Source: an uncultured Alphaproteobacteria bacterium
Lineage (GTDB): Bacteria > Pseudomonadota > Alphaproteobacteria > Rs-D84
Direction: 5' to 3'
DNA: 64,000 bases
Assembly: GCA_946188105.1 (NCBI GenBank)
Contig: CAMHTQ010000005.1
Location: 200-64,199 of the forward strand
The notes under the pieces were generated by a model, which searched no databases, had not been told where the DNA came from, and saw only the letters and a program-made list of their open reading frames with translations. Numbering within the stretch: position 1 is the stretch's first letter; the number at the start of each line of letters is the position of its first letter. This document shows, one piece after another, positions 9,151 through 19,240 of this stretch. The position numbers and the translations under genes were made by a program.

Positions 9151-10923
9151 ATGTTATCTTTGAAATCTAAATACAGAACACATACTTGTGGTGAATTAAA
9201 TATAAGTAATGTCGGTGAAACTGTTACATTGTCTGGATGGGTTCATCGTAAACGCGATCATGGATCTTTGTTGTTTGTTGATTTGCGTGATAATTATGGT
9301 ATTACACAGTGTGTTTTTGATGGTGGGGATGAAGTCGTAGAAAAAATTCGTCCTGAATCTGTGGTTAAAATTACTGGCAAGGTTGTTGCTCGTGATGCCG
9401 AGGCAATAAATGAAAAACTGCCCACAGGTCATATTGAAATTCAGGTGCAAAATCTTGAGGTTTTGACTAATGCTGAAACATTGCCTTTCCAAGTGTTTGG
9501 CGATGATGATACATCCGAAGAATTGCGTTATAAATATCGCTTTTTGGATTTAAGACGTGAAAGATTACATTACAACATTTTAATGCGTAATAAAATGATG
9601 AAGTGGTTAAGAGATAAAATGTGGAATTTAGGATTTTCAGAATTTCAAACCCCATTGTTGACCGCTGATTCACCAGAGGGTGCACGTAGTTTTTTGGTGC
9701 CAAGTCGTTTGCATCATGGTAAGTTTTATGCGTTGCCTCAGGCACCACAAATGTTTAAACAATTGTTGCAAGTGTCTGGATTCGATAGATATTTCCAAAT
9801 TGCACCTTGTTTTCGTGATGAAGATTTGCGTGCTGACAGATTGTTGGAATTTTACCAATTAGATATGGAAATGTCTTTTGTCGATTTGCCAGAAATTCAA
9901 GCAGTGGGCGAAGCAATTATGCCAGAAATGGTTAAAACATTTGCTCCGGATGCAAATGTTTATCCTGATATTCCACATATTTCATATGATGATGCGATGT
10001 TGAAATATGGATGCGATAAACCAGATTTGCGTAATCCAATTTTAATCAGTGATGTTACGGAAATTTTCCGTGGTTCTGAATTTGGAATCTTTGCAAATGC
10101 AATTGAAAATAGTGCGGTTGTTCGTGCTGTGCCAGCACCAAATTCCGCTGATAAACCTCGTTCTTGGTTTGATAAACTGGGTGAATATGCAACCCGCGAA
10201 TTAGGACTGGGGGGATTAGCATATATAGTATTTGCAGATGAACCAAAAGGACCAGTTGCGAAAAAATTGGATGCAGAACGTATTGCAAAATTGAAAGAAA
10301 TCGCAGGTGATAATTCATCGTTGTTCTTTGTTTGTGATAATGTTGATGTCGCAGCCAAGGCAGCAGGTAAATTGCGTAACAAATTTGGTGCAGATTTAGG
10401 ATTGGTCAAAGAACGTGACTTTGCATTTTGTTGGGTTGATAATTTCCCATTCTTTGAACCAGATGAAGAACGCGGTGGCGCACCTGCATTTACACATAAC
10501 CCATTCTCGTATCCTATTGTGGATTCTGTGGAAGAATTGGATACACGCGATCCATTTACGATTAAAGCCGCACAATTCGATATGGTGTTGAACGGTATTG
10601 AAATTTGCAGTGGTGGATTGCGTAATTATAACCCCGAGGTTATGAAGAAATGTTTTGAAATTGCTGGTTATCCAATCGAGGCAGTTGAAAAGAACTTTTC
10701 TGGATTATACACATCATTCCAATATGGTGCACCACCACATGGCGGTTGTGCGTTTGGTATTGAACGTGTGGTTTCTGAAATTTTGGGTATTGGTGAAAGT
10801 TTGCGTGAAATCGTTGCGTTCCCTGCAAACCAACGTGGACAAGATTTGTTGATGGGATCTCCAAACGAGGTAACCGAACAACAATTACGTGATGTCCATA
10901 TCCAAGTCCGTAAGAAAAATTAA
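9151..10923 (+). CDS. aspS: aspartate--tRNA ligase (bacterial type, 590 aa)
   Basis: N-terminal OB fold (TVTLSGWVHRKRDHGSLLFVDLRD). Class II motifs FYQIAPCFRDED and GGCAFGIERV. Bacterial insertion domain present. Confidence 0.95.
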   Translation: MLSLKSKYRTHTCGELNISNVGETVTLSGWVHRKRDHGSLLFVDLRDNYGITQCVFDGGDEVVEKIRPESVVKITGKVVARDAEAINEKLPTGHIEIQVQNLEVLTNAETLPFQVFGDDDTSEELRYKYRFLDLRRERLHYNILMRNKMMKWLRDKMWNLGFSEFQTPLLTADSPEGARSFLVPSRLHHGKFYALPQAPQMFKQLLQVSGFDRYFQIAPCFRDEDLRADRLLEFYQLDMEMSFVDLPEIQAVGEAIMPEMVKTFAPDANVYPDIPHISYDDAMLKYGCDKPDLRNPILISDVTEIFRGSEFGIFANAIENSAVVRAVPAPNSADKPRSWFDKLGEYATRELGLGGLAYIVFADEPKGPVAKKLDAERIAKLKEIAGDNSSLFFVCDNVDVAAKAAGKLRNKFGADLGLVKERDFAFCWVDNFPFFEPDEERGGAPAFTHNPFSYPIVDSVEELDTRDPFTIKAAQFDMVLNGIEICSGGLRNYNPEVMKKCFEIAGYPIEAVEKNFSGLYTSFQYGAPPHGGCAFGIERVVSEILGIGESLREIVAFPANQRGQDLLMGSPNEVTEQQLRDVHIQVRKKN

Positions 10924-10940
10924 AAAACGTTATAGAAAAA

Positions 10941-10971
10941 ATACCCACAGAAACCTGTGGGTGTTTTTTTT
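10941..10971. terminator. bidirectional rho-independent terminator
   Basis: ACCCACAG-AAAC-CTGTGGGT flanked by an A-run and a T8 run, between convergent aspS and the asmA-like gene. Confidence 0.8.
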
Positions 10972-13444
10972 AGAATTTATTATGTGTGCGAATAAATGCA
11001 CGCATAAATCCAATATCCAGATTGTTTATTATTTCGGTAATTGAATATGTTCTTTTGCCAGATTCATTTATATTCATTTGGATTGATGATGGCTTTGGTG
11101 CGGTGCCACGCATTATGAATTCAAATGTACCCGTCATAACACGATTGTTTATAAATAATGCACCAACCGCATCAACATGTCGCATAGAAAGTGTGAATGG
11201 TTTTGTCGTTTCAAAATTACCGTTGTTATAGATACCTTGGATTTTTAATTTTTTAATCTTTGTTATGCCAGATTCCAAGGCAGATGCAAGTGCATATTCT
11301 GCATTTAAAACACTTAATTTGTCGGCAGATGCATAGAATTTATCAAATCCAAGCCCCGTTATTTCACCGCCAGTAAAAGTCATGTCGACATCACCAGTCA
11401 GGTTATAGATTAAATCATTTGCGGTTTGTCCAGATGTCTTTAAATTTATTTCAGCGGTAATTGTTGAGTTTTGTATATTTAATGGAACATCAAAACCAAA
11501 CAATTCGTTTGTTTGTTTGAATTTGTTTAATTGTATTGATATGTCATAGTTAAATTTATTCTTTTCAATAATGCTTAATAAATGTCCGCGTGATGAATCT
11601 GAAATTGAAAAGATTTGTGTGTTTGGTTTTAATGAATATACAAAGTTATTATAACTTTGGTTATCTAATATAATTGTGTCTGATGATACAGATACATTGA
11701 TTGGTATGTCGAATAATATTGCCAAAGGATGATTCATTAAAAACTTTTGTTCTTGGTAATTGTTTTTAAAATATGGATTTATAAAATTATCCAAATTCAA
11801 TTCATTTGTTGTCAGTGTTATTCCTGATTTTGTTGCATTACCTGAAAATAACTGGTTGCCAATCATTATGTTTAAATCACCGATATTATCATCAATAGAT
11901 GTGCCAGATATAGCATAAGGCAGTGTTTTTAAGAATCTGAGATCTGTATTTGGTAACCATTGTTTAAAGTTTTCGCCTGTGATGATAAAGTTTTTATCCA
12001 TAACCTCGATCATCCATTGTTTGTTTTGAGGAATAAATGTTTTTTTATTGTTTTGTAAGGTATATGTGCCGGGGACTGTGTACATAAATTCTGGTAAAAA
12101 TTCCAGATTTATATCAGTTGTTTTTAATGTTATGTTTGTTGCGAATTTGTATTTCGGAATCATTTGTTTTGGTGTTACAACCATTGTTCCTGATTTGTCA
12201 GAAAATGCAAAATCTATGGTTCCATTATTTCCAAGTTTTGATACCAAATTGCGAATTGTTTTGTTTGATGGCATTTTATCAATAGATGTAACAGATACAT
12301 AAAATATTCCATTGTCTACATTTAATTTTCCGTTCATGTTTCCGTATGAGAATGTTTTGCATCCCCATTTTTTTGAATTTCCAGAATAATCACATGTGAA
12401 TTTTTCTGGTAAATTATTTATTTGTAATTTTGTATCAAATAATTCTTGGTTTGAATATGTACCACCAACAAGTTCAAAATTATCAGTTGTTAAGCGGTTT
12501 ATTTCCAAGGTGTTATTTATTCCTGCGGCAATTATTTTGAATGTGTTAAATGTATATTGGTTCAGTTTAATGATACCTGTTAAATCAATATTCATGTTGG
12601 TTTTATTTAATAAACTTTTATCGTGTGTGATAAAAGAAATGTCCAAATTTGTATTGTTTGATTTAAAGGTCAATGTTTTAAATCCGTTTGGATTTAATGT
12701 TATGCTGCCGGTATAGTTGTTGGCAACAATGTTTGTGAAATCAAATCCATATTCTCCATCCCAAACAAAGTCCATAGATAAACTGACGGGTTCGGAAATT
12801 TTTGGATTATTGAATTCAAACCATTTGTTTATATCGTTTGTGGTTATGTTAAGTTCGCCAGATGCACCACCGTCAGGAAATAGGGTGCCACGAATATGCA
12901 AATTATCATTACTGTTTATTATTACAAATTCTCCGTCATCGTATGTGATGTCGTATTTGTGTTGGTTGGTACGAATCTGACCTGCAAATTTATTGTTGTG
13001 TAATGTGCCACGAACAATTTTATATTCATGGTCCATAAATGTTAAAGATATGTTGTATAAATCAAATTCGTGTGTTGTGTTATGAGGAAATAAATCTGTG
13101 ATTTTTAAATCTGCATTATTGACATTTATTTCTTTGTTTAAATCAGCATCTTGTAAATTGAAAATGTTTTTCAATGGAACCGAGAAAGAAACACTGCCGA
13201 TTGTACCGTTTGGTATTTGAATGTCGTGGGCAACAATCGTTGCGTGCATTAACAAACTGAAATTTATATTACCGTTTATTTTGGCGACGACACCTGTTTG
13301 TTCGGACAATTTTGCCTCTAGAACAGGTTTCATTTTATTCAGGTTGATAAATGGTGGAATACATATAATTCCAATAAAAAACAAGCCGATTATAGTGATA
13401 ATCGTCCAAAAAAAACGTCTTTTGTGTCGTGGTTTAATATTCAT
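10970..13444 (-). CDS. AsmA-family outer-membrane assembly protein
   Basis: N-terminal anchor RRFFWTIITIIGLFFIGIICIPPFINLNKMKP... typical of AsmA. 824-aa beta-rich periplasmic body. Confidence 0.65.
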   Translation of the reverse strand: MNIKPRHKRRFFWTIITIIGLFFIGIICIPPFINLNKMKPVLEAKLSEQTGVVAKINGNINFSLLMHATIVAHDIQIPNGTIGSVSFSVPLKNIFNLQDADLNKEINVNNADLKITDLFPHNTTHEFDLYNISLTFMDHEYKIVRGTLHNNKFAGQIRTNQHKYDITYDDGEFVIINSNDNLHIRGTLFPDGGASGELNITTNDINKWFEFNNPKISEPVSLSMDFVWDGEYGFDFTNIVANNYTGSITLNPNGFKTLTFKSNNTNLDISFITHDKSLLNKTNMNIDLTGIIKLNQYTFNTFKIIAAGINNTLEINRLTTDNFELVGGTYSNQELFDTKLQINNLPEKFTCDYSGNSKKWGCKTFSYGNMNGKLNVDNGIFYVSVTSIDKMPSNKTIRNLVSKLGNNGTIDFAFSDKSGTMVVTPKQMIPKYKFATNITLKTTDINLEFLPEFMYTVPGTYTLQNNKKTFIPQNKQWMIEVMDKNFIITGENFKQWLPNTDLRFLKTLPYAISGTSIDDNIGDLNIMIGNQLFSGNATKSGITLTTNELNLDNFINPYFKNNYQEQKFLMNHPLAILFDIPINVSVSSDTIILDNQSYNNFVYSLKPNTQIFSISDSSRGHLLSIIEKNKFNYDISIQLNKFKQTNELFGFDVPLNIQNSTITAEINLKTSGQTANDLIYNLTGDVDMTFTGGEITGLGFDKFYASADKLSVLNAEYALASALESGITKIKKLKIQGIYNNGNFETTKPFTLSMRHVDAVGALFINNRVMTGTFEFIMRGTAPKPSSIQMNINESGKRTYSITEIINNLDIGFMRAFIRTHNKF

Positions 13445-13483
13445 TCTCTTTCCCTTGTATTTTGATTATAGTGTATTATATTA

Positions 13484-15481
13484 GTGTTTGTGAATAAAAA
13501 AAGTATATTTGATCTTGAAAGTGATTATGCCCCAATGGGTGATCAACCAACGGCAATTGCTGAATTGGTGGCTGGGGTCAATAATGGAAAAAAATCCCAG
13601 GTTTTATTGGGGGTTACGGGGTCTGGCAAAACATTTACAATGGCAAATGTTATTGCTGAATTGTCGCGTCCTGCGTTATTGATGGCGCCGAACAAGATTT
13701 TGGCGGCACAATTATATACTGAAATGAAGGCGTTTTTTCCACGTAATCATGTTGAATATTTTGTGTCTTATTATGATTATTATCAGCCCGAGGCATATAT
13801 CCCAACAACCGATACTTATATTGATAAAGATGCCGCGATAAACGAACAATTGGATCGTATGCGCCACAGTGCAACGCGTGCAATGTTAGAAGAACGTGAT
13901 GTTATTGTGGTTTCTTCGGTTTCTTCTATTTATGGTATGGGTTCGCCAGAACAATATTCGTCTATGCGTGTTGTGTTAAATGTTGGGGATAAAATTGGTA
14001 TTGGTGATATTATTCGTTCTTTGGTTGATATTCAGTATAAAAGAAATGATGTGGCACCGGCCCGCGGTGAATTTCGTGTTCGGGGTGATGTTTTAGATTT
14101 GTTCCCATCGCACATGGCAGATATGGGTTGGAAGATTTCTTTTTGGGGCGATGAAATTGAAGAAATATGGGAATTTGATACTTTGACAGGTGCAAAAGTA
14201 CATAAATTAAATAGGGTGGCGGTATATCCAAATACCCATTATGCGACACCTATGCCGTCTGTATTACAGGCGATAAGTAATATACGGCATGATTTGGATG
14301 AACGGTTAAAGTATTTTCACGATAATATGAAATATGTCGAAGAACAACGGTTAAGGGAACGTGTGAATTTCGATATAGAAATGATGGAATCAACGGGAAC
14401 TTGTCGGGGAATTGAAAATTATTCCAGATATTTGTCTGGGCGGTTACCTGGTCAACCACCACCAACATTGTTTGAATATTTACCAAAAGATGCTGTTTTA
14501 TTTATAGACGAAAGTCATGTTACAGTTCCACAAATTGTGGCTATGTCTCGTGGGGATAGGGCCAGAAAAGAAAATCTGTCGCAGTATGGATTCAGGTTGC
14601 CAGCATGCATAGATAATCGTCCGTTAACTTTTGATGAATGGGATGCGTTAAGACCACAAACTATTTTTGTTTCTGCAACACCTGCACAATGGGAATTAGA
14701 ACAGGCAAATGGTGTTGTCGCAGAACAGGTTATTCGACCAACAGGATTGTTGGATCCTGTGTGCGAGGTGCGTCCGATTGCACACCAGGTTGATGATTTG
14801 TTGGCAACATTAAAAAGTATCAAGGGACGCGCATTGGTTACAACATTAACAAAAAAAATGGCAGAGCAATTAAATGATTATTTAAATGAAAATGGTGTTC
14901 GTGCCAGATATTTGCACAGTGATATTGAAACGTTGGAACGTATAGAATTATTGCGTGAATTAAGGCTCGGAAAATTTGATGTGTTGGTTGGTATCAATTT
15001 GTTGAGAGAGGGTTTGGATGTGCCAGAGTGTGAATTGGTTGCAATTATGGATGCAGATAAAGAAGGATTTTTGCGTTCTACACGTTCGTTGATTCAAACG
15101 ATTGGCAGGGCGGCACGTAATGCAAATGGTCGTGTGATTTTATATGCTGATAATATGACAGAATCTATGAACGAAGCATTAACCGAAACAGCACGCAGAC
15201 GTGATATTCAAATGAAGTATAATGCCGAACATGGAATCGTTCCGAAAACAGTGAATAAAGCAGTATTCAAAGAAGTTGTTGAATCTAATGAAAAAGTGGA
15301 CAAGAAACGTAAGTATGTTTATAATAAAGACGGTGTTTGGGATGCGGCAAGTTTGCGTAAAGAAATTGATGCTTTGAAGAAACGTATGTATAAAGCAGCA
15401 GAAAATTTAGAGTTCGAAGAGGCGGCTGCAATCCGTGATACTATTAACAAAATGCAAGATGATTTGTTGTTATTGGAGTAA
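13484..15481 (+). CDS. uvrB: excinuclease ABC subunit B
   Basis: Walker A GVTGSGKTFT; FIDESHVT; helicase motifs; C-terminal UVR domain LEFEEAAAIRD. GTG start. Confidence 0.95.
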   Translation: MFVNKKSIFDLESDYAPMGDQPTAIAELVAGVNNGKKSQVLLGVTGSGKTFTMANVIAELSRPALLMAPNKILAAQLYTEMKAFFPRNHVEYFVSYYDYYQPEAYIPTTDTYIDKDAAINEQLDRMRHSATRAMLEERDVIVVSSVSSIYGMGSPEQYSSMRVVLNVGDKIGIGDIIRSLVDIQYKRNDVAPARGEFRVRGDVLDLFPSHMADMGWKISFWGDEIEEIWEFDTLTGAKVHKLNRVAVYPNTHYATPMPSVLQAISNIRHDLDERLKYFHDNMKYVEEQRLRERVNFDIEMMESTGTCRGIENYSRYLSGRLPGQPPPTLFEYLPKDAVLFIDESHVTVPQIVAMSRGDRARKENLSQYGFRLPACIDNRPLTFDEWDALRPQTIFVSATPAQWELEQANGVVAEQVIRPTGLLDPVCEVRPIAHQVDDLLATLKSIKGRALVTTLTKKMAEQLNDYLNENGVRARYLHSDIETLERIELLRELRLGKFDVLVGINLLREGLDVPECELVAIMDADKEGFLRSTRSLIQTIGRAARNANGRVILYADNMTESMNEALTETARRRDIQMKYNAEHGIVPKTVNKAVFKEVVESNEKVDKKRKYVYNKDGVWDAASLRKEIDALKKRMYKAAENLEFEEAAAIRDTINKMQDDLLLLE

Positions 15482-15487
15482 GTTATA

Positions 15488-15910
15488 ATGTCAGATAATA
15501 AAGAAATAATTTTGTCGGATTTGGATGCAACACATGCATGGGCCAGGGATTTTGCAAAAACCTTGCGTGCACCGGTAACTGTTGCTTTGCATGGTGATTT
15601 GGGAATGGGGAAATCTGAAATTGCCAGAACAATTATTCGAACATTGCGTGGAGAAAATACAGTTGTCCCCAGTCCAACATTTACTATTGTGCAAAATTAT
15701 GACGGAATTTCTCACTTTGATTTATACAGAATTACTGATGCATCTGAATTGGTCGAGGTTGGATTACCATACGCAATTCAAAATGATATCACTTTGATTG
15801 AATGGCCTGATGTTGCAAAAGGTATGTTGCCAGACAATACAATTCATATTTATATGTCTTCGTGTGGGGCAGATTGTTGTCCATCAGGACGCAAGATTTG
15901 TATAAAATAA
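15488..15910 (+). CDS. tsaE: tRNA t6A biosynthesis ATPase TsaE
   Basis: P-loop GDLGMGKSEIAR, SPTFTIVQNY, HFDLYR motifs. 140 aa. Confidence 0.85.
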   Translation: MSDNKEIILSDLDATHAWARDFAKTLRAPVTVALHGDLGMGKSEIARTIIRTLRGENTVVPSPTFTIVQNYDGISHFDLYRITDASELVEVGLPYAIQNDITLIEWPDVAKGMLPDNTIHIYMSSCGADCCPSGRKICIK

Positions 15911-15914
15911 AATT

Positions 15915-17699
15915 TTATTTATTTGTCTTTTTTAATAAACTTTGCACCGCTAATGGAAAATCATGGGATTTGGCAAGATAGGAACCGCTGACTAATAAAT
16001 CGGCACCAGCCTCCCAACATTTTTGTGCGGTTTGTGGATTTATTCCACCATCAACAGAAATTATGTATTTTAATCCATGCTTTTTACGAGTAACAGCCAA
16101 AGCCAAAATTTTATTTAATACATCAGGATTAAATGATTGACCAGCCGCCCCAGGTTTTACACCCATTATTAAAATCTCGTCAATATTTTTTAAAACAGGT
16201 ACCAATGCAGATACGGGTGTTTCTGGATTCAATGCAATTCCAGCACGTTTGCCACATGCACGAATATTGCGTAATGCATCGTTAATGCCAGTTGTGTTTT
16301 CTGATAATATTATTGTGTCGGCACCCGCGGCAAGGGCATTATTTGACCAGAATACAGCGTTTTCTGTCATTAAATGAACGTGCAGGTGACTTTTAGTATT
16401 TGCACGAATTTGTTTTAATTCAGGAATACCCCCATATATTTCATCAACATATAAACCATCCATAATATCAACGTGGATTGTCGAGATTCCTGCGGACTCG
16501 AACATTTTGTATGTTAGGGGACTTAACATATTGAAGCATAATGTTGATGGAGCAATTGGAATAAATTTTGGTTTTTGTTTTTTGGGTTTACGTATAAATA
16601 ATTTTTTTATTTTATCTATATATGCCTGATGTTTTTCCATGCGTGCAATGTATGCCTCGCGTGCAGGTTTTTCACAATCCAGAACATAATTTGATAATGC
16701 GGTAATTGTTGCATCGGCATGATAATTTTCTGCGGGTAATCCAAATACATTTTCGATAACATCAACAACACCGTTTATTTGAGTGCCACCACCAGTAATG
16801 ATAATTTTGTTTGGCATATATTCAGATACAGCCGCCAGAGACATTTCTTTTATTTTACCAATAATTTCTGTAACACGTGGAACAACAATATCGTTAACAT
16901 CGCCACGTGTAAAATCATATGCTGTATCGGCTGGAACCAAATGATCCATAGAACGTGGTATTAAATTGGCGGTCATACGTTTTATTCTTTCTGCTTCGTC
17001 AAAATCCAAATTTAATGCACGTGTTAAATCCAATGTTACATTGGACATACCCATTTCTAGTTTTTCATGCCAACATACACCGTTATTATTCCATATTGAG
17101 AGCGATGTAAATTCAGCACCCAAATCAATGAACAATATTGTTTGATTGGGTTTGCGTATAGTCATGCTTTGTAAATATTGTGGATCAAACAGGCCATTAT
17201 ATTGTATGTGTGCCTTGTGCAATAAGGATACAACCTCGTTCAAACGGGCGTTTTCATAGCAAATAACACCGAATTCTGATATTAATTGATGGTCGATACA
17301 TCCAACAGGATTTGGTGTTTCCCGAGCCGATGGGATATCATATTTTAATGGAATTATATGAATAGGTGAAAACCCAGTTGGAATGGCAATTTTGGATATC
17401 TGGGCGCGTATATCTGTTTCGGTTATTTTATGTTCGCTGTTCCAGACGGTTGTTTGATAAGGATTCAAAAATTCAGATTTTCCGAAATTTCCAGTTATAT
17501 ATGCAGAATCAAAATGTGTTTTTAATTCTTCTTCCAGGTTTTGAATTACCGACCGTATGGCGAATTGTTGGTTAAAGTTTTCGCACATCGCAGTTGCCGA
17601 TGCGGCAATTTTTCCAGCACAAATTCTGTGTGCGATTCCACGGACGCAACTGGTTCCGATATCAAGACATAAAAAACGAGGGTCAAAAAAATAATTCAT
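15915..17699 (-). CDS. ftsA: cell-division protein FtsA fused in frame to ribulose-phosphate 3-epimerase
   Basis: aa 1-350 show actin-fold motifs (LDIGTSCVRG, FIDLGAEFT, IITGGGTQINGVVDVIENVFGLP), directly after ftsQ. aa 354-380 form a basic amphipathic linker. aa 381-594 are Rpe-like (IAPS, HVDIMDG, HVHLM, VKPGAAGQSF, SVDGGI, AGADLLVSGS). Confidence 0.75.
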   Translation of the reverse strand: MNYFFDPRFLCLDIGTSCVRGIAHRICAGKIAASATAMCENFNQQFAIRSVIQNLEEELKTHFDSAYITGNFGKSEFLNPYQTTVWNSEHKITETDIRAQISKIAIPTGFSPIHIIPLKYDIPSARETPNPVGCIDHQLISEFGVICYENARLNEVVSLLHKAHIQYNGLFDPQYLQSMTIRKPNQTILFIDLGAEFTSLSIWNNNGVCWHEKLEMGMSNVTLDLTRALNLDFDEAERIKRMTANLIPRSMDHLVPADTAYDFTRGDVNDIVVPRVTEIIGKIKEMSLAAVSEYMPNKIIITGGGTQINGVVDVIENVFGLPAENYHADATITALSNYVLDCEKPAREAYIARMEKHQAYIDKIKKLFIRKPKKQKPKFIPIAPSTLCFNMLSPLTYKMFESAGISTIHVDIMDGLYVDEIYGGIPELKQIRANTKSHLHVHLMTENAVFWSNNALAAGADTIILSENTTGINDALRNIRACGKRAGIALNPETPVSALVPVLKNIDEILIMGVKPGAAGQSFNPDVLNKILALAVTRKKHGLKYIISVDGGINPQTAQKCWEAGADLLVSGSYLAKSHDFPLAVQSLLKKTNK

Positions 17700-17702
17700 T
17701 TT

Positions 17703-18392
17703 TTACCTGACTAGGATACGGGCGGAATCACGCATATCTATGACGCGGATATCACGTCCCAATATATTATGTTTTTTATTTATTGTTATTAAACTGGCAA
17801 TTGCATGAGTGAAATCATCCTCGGGCAGTTTGATTGTAATGCCACCAGTTGTATGGATGTTCCAACGACGATTTTCAACCCATTCTATGTAATCAATGTC
17901 GGTCAGCATGTCGTTTGCAGCCGTTGTGATTTCGGTCATGTCGGTTGGGACCGGGCCACGGAATAGCAGGGCGGATGTTGGACGTTCTGGGGACGGATTT
18001 TTCACAATTGTTCCATCGTCAGATAATGGGAAATAATTTACCCCATCGGTCCAGGTTGCGACAAAATGGTGAAATGATACCTTGATTGCCAGATTGCCGT
18101 TTGGCAAGCGGCGGACAGCAGAGTTTTTTACACCCGGAACGGATAGAATACTGTCATTTAATTTATCCAGATTTATTGAATAAAACTTGGTGTTTTTGGC
18201 AAAAGATGTGGCGGCCGATAATGCGGTCATATCCTTGTTTTCAATATCAGTTGTGAAATATATTTTGTGTAACATGGCGGTTTTGCCGTAGCCCATGCTG
18301 ACCATAATTATTCGCGAGGCAAAATAGACCGCCAGAACAATGGCAACCACAAAAGATAACCAAAACCAGATAGAACGTCTCATGTTTGGCAT
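17703..18392 (-). CDS. ftsQ: cell-division protein FtsQ
   Basis: N-terminal TM plus POTRA-like region (INLDKLNDSILSVPGVKNSAVRRLPNGNLAIKV). Stop lies 3 nt before the ftsA start. Confidence 0.8.
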   Translation of the reverse strand: MPNMRRSIWFWLSFVVAIVLAVYFASRIIMVSMGYGKTAMLHKIYFTTDIENKDMTALSAATSFAKNTKFYSINLDKLNDSILSVPGVKNSAVRRLPNGNLAIKVSFHHFVATWTDGVNYFPLSDDGTIVKNPSPERPTSALLFRGPVPTDMTEITTAANDMLTDIDYIEWVENRRWNIHTTGGITIKLPEDDFTHAIASLITINKKHNILGRDIRVIDMRDSARILVR

Positions 18393-18437
18393 TATAACAT
18401 ATTTTTTGCTAATAAGAAAGTAAAGAGCAAAGATTTT

Positions 18438-18818
18438 TTACATTGAACGCAATAAATAACCACGTCTGAGCATGCACCGACGGTATGCACCGACGGTTTT
18501 TGATGCCTTGTTACGTGGAACGGACATCAAAGAACGTTGACCGACATCCTTGTACTCGTTCGACTGAAATGTTACCCAAATTCCATCCCAATCAGGCATT
18601 TGGTCGTTCTGGTTCGGGGAAAGCAGACGAGAAATACGGGAACGGGGGGTATAATCATGCGCCCGAATACCCAGGCATGATTTGTGATCACGAACGAATT
18701 GTTCGGTTGTTACAGCCTCGTTTTCCCAGTTTAATATGGTTGCATCATCGATACTGCCGCGATTGGCAGATGCACAAGCGGTTAAAGCAAGTAATAATGC
18801 AATTTGTTTTATTTTCAT
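18438..18818 (-). CDS. lipoprotein (126 aa)
   Basis: MKIKQIALLLALTAC lipobox. Confidence 0.6.
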   Translation of the reverse strand: MKIKQIALLLALTACASANRGSIDDATILNWENEAVTTEQFVRDHKSCLGIRAHDYTPRSRISRLLSPNQNDQMPDWDGIWVTFQSNEYKDVGQRSLMSVPRNKASKTVGAYRRCMLRRGYLLRSM

Positions 18819-18892
18819 ATTTTATATTATAATTTATTTGCGTTCCGGTGGCAATAGTTTTTATAATGTAAAAAAAGAGGAAGGGAAAAGTT

Positions 18893-19213
18893 ATGGCTGT
18901 AACAGTTCAAAATTTTATTAAACTGGCCAATTTTTATAACAAAATGGTTACTGTTATGTCGGCTGTGTGCGTTGAAAAAGGTGGTATTCCAATTGAAAAT
19001 TATGTTGGACGATTCTTTATGGCGGATACACTGGAATATATTGTTGAATATGGCAGACGGTTAACCGAGGCAGGTCCGGTGCCGGATGATGTCGCCCGTG
19101 TTATCAAAATTTTCCAAGAAAGATTTGAAGGTGTAAAGACATTGGTTACACCAACCGAGAAACCTATATATGAAATGACACTAGAAGAGTTTGAAAAAAT
19201 TATGAATATATAG
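18893..19213 (+). CDS. hypothetical protein (106 aa)
   Basis: First gene of the co-directional 18893-28892 block. No motif recognised. Confidence 0.45.
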   Translation: MAVTVQNFIKLANFYNKMVTVMSAVCVEKGGIPIENYVGRFFMADTLEYIVEYGRRLTEAGPVPDDVARVIKIFQERFEGVKTLVTPTEKPIYEMTLEEFEKIMNI

Positions 19214-19240
19214 TATGTTAGGCATAATATGGAGAGTAAG

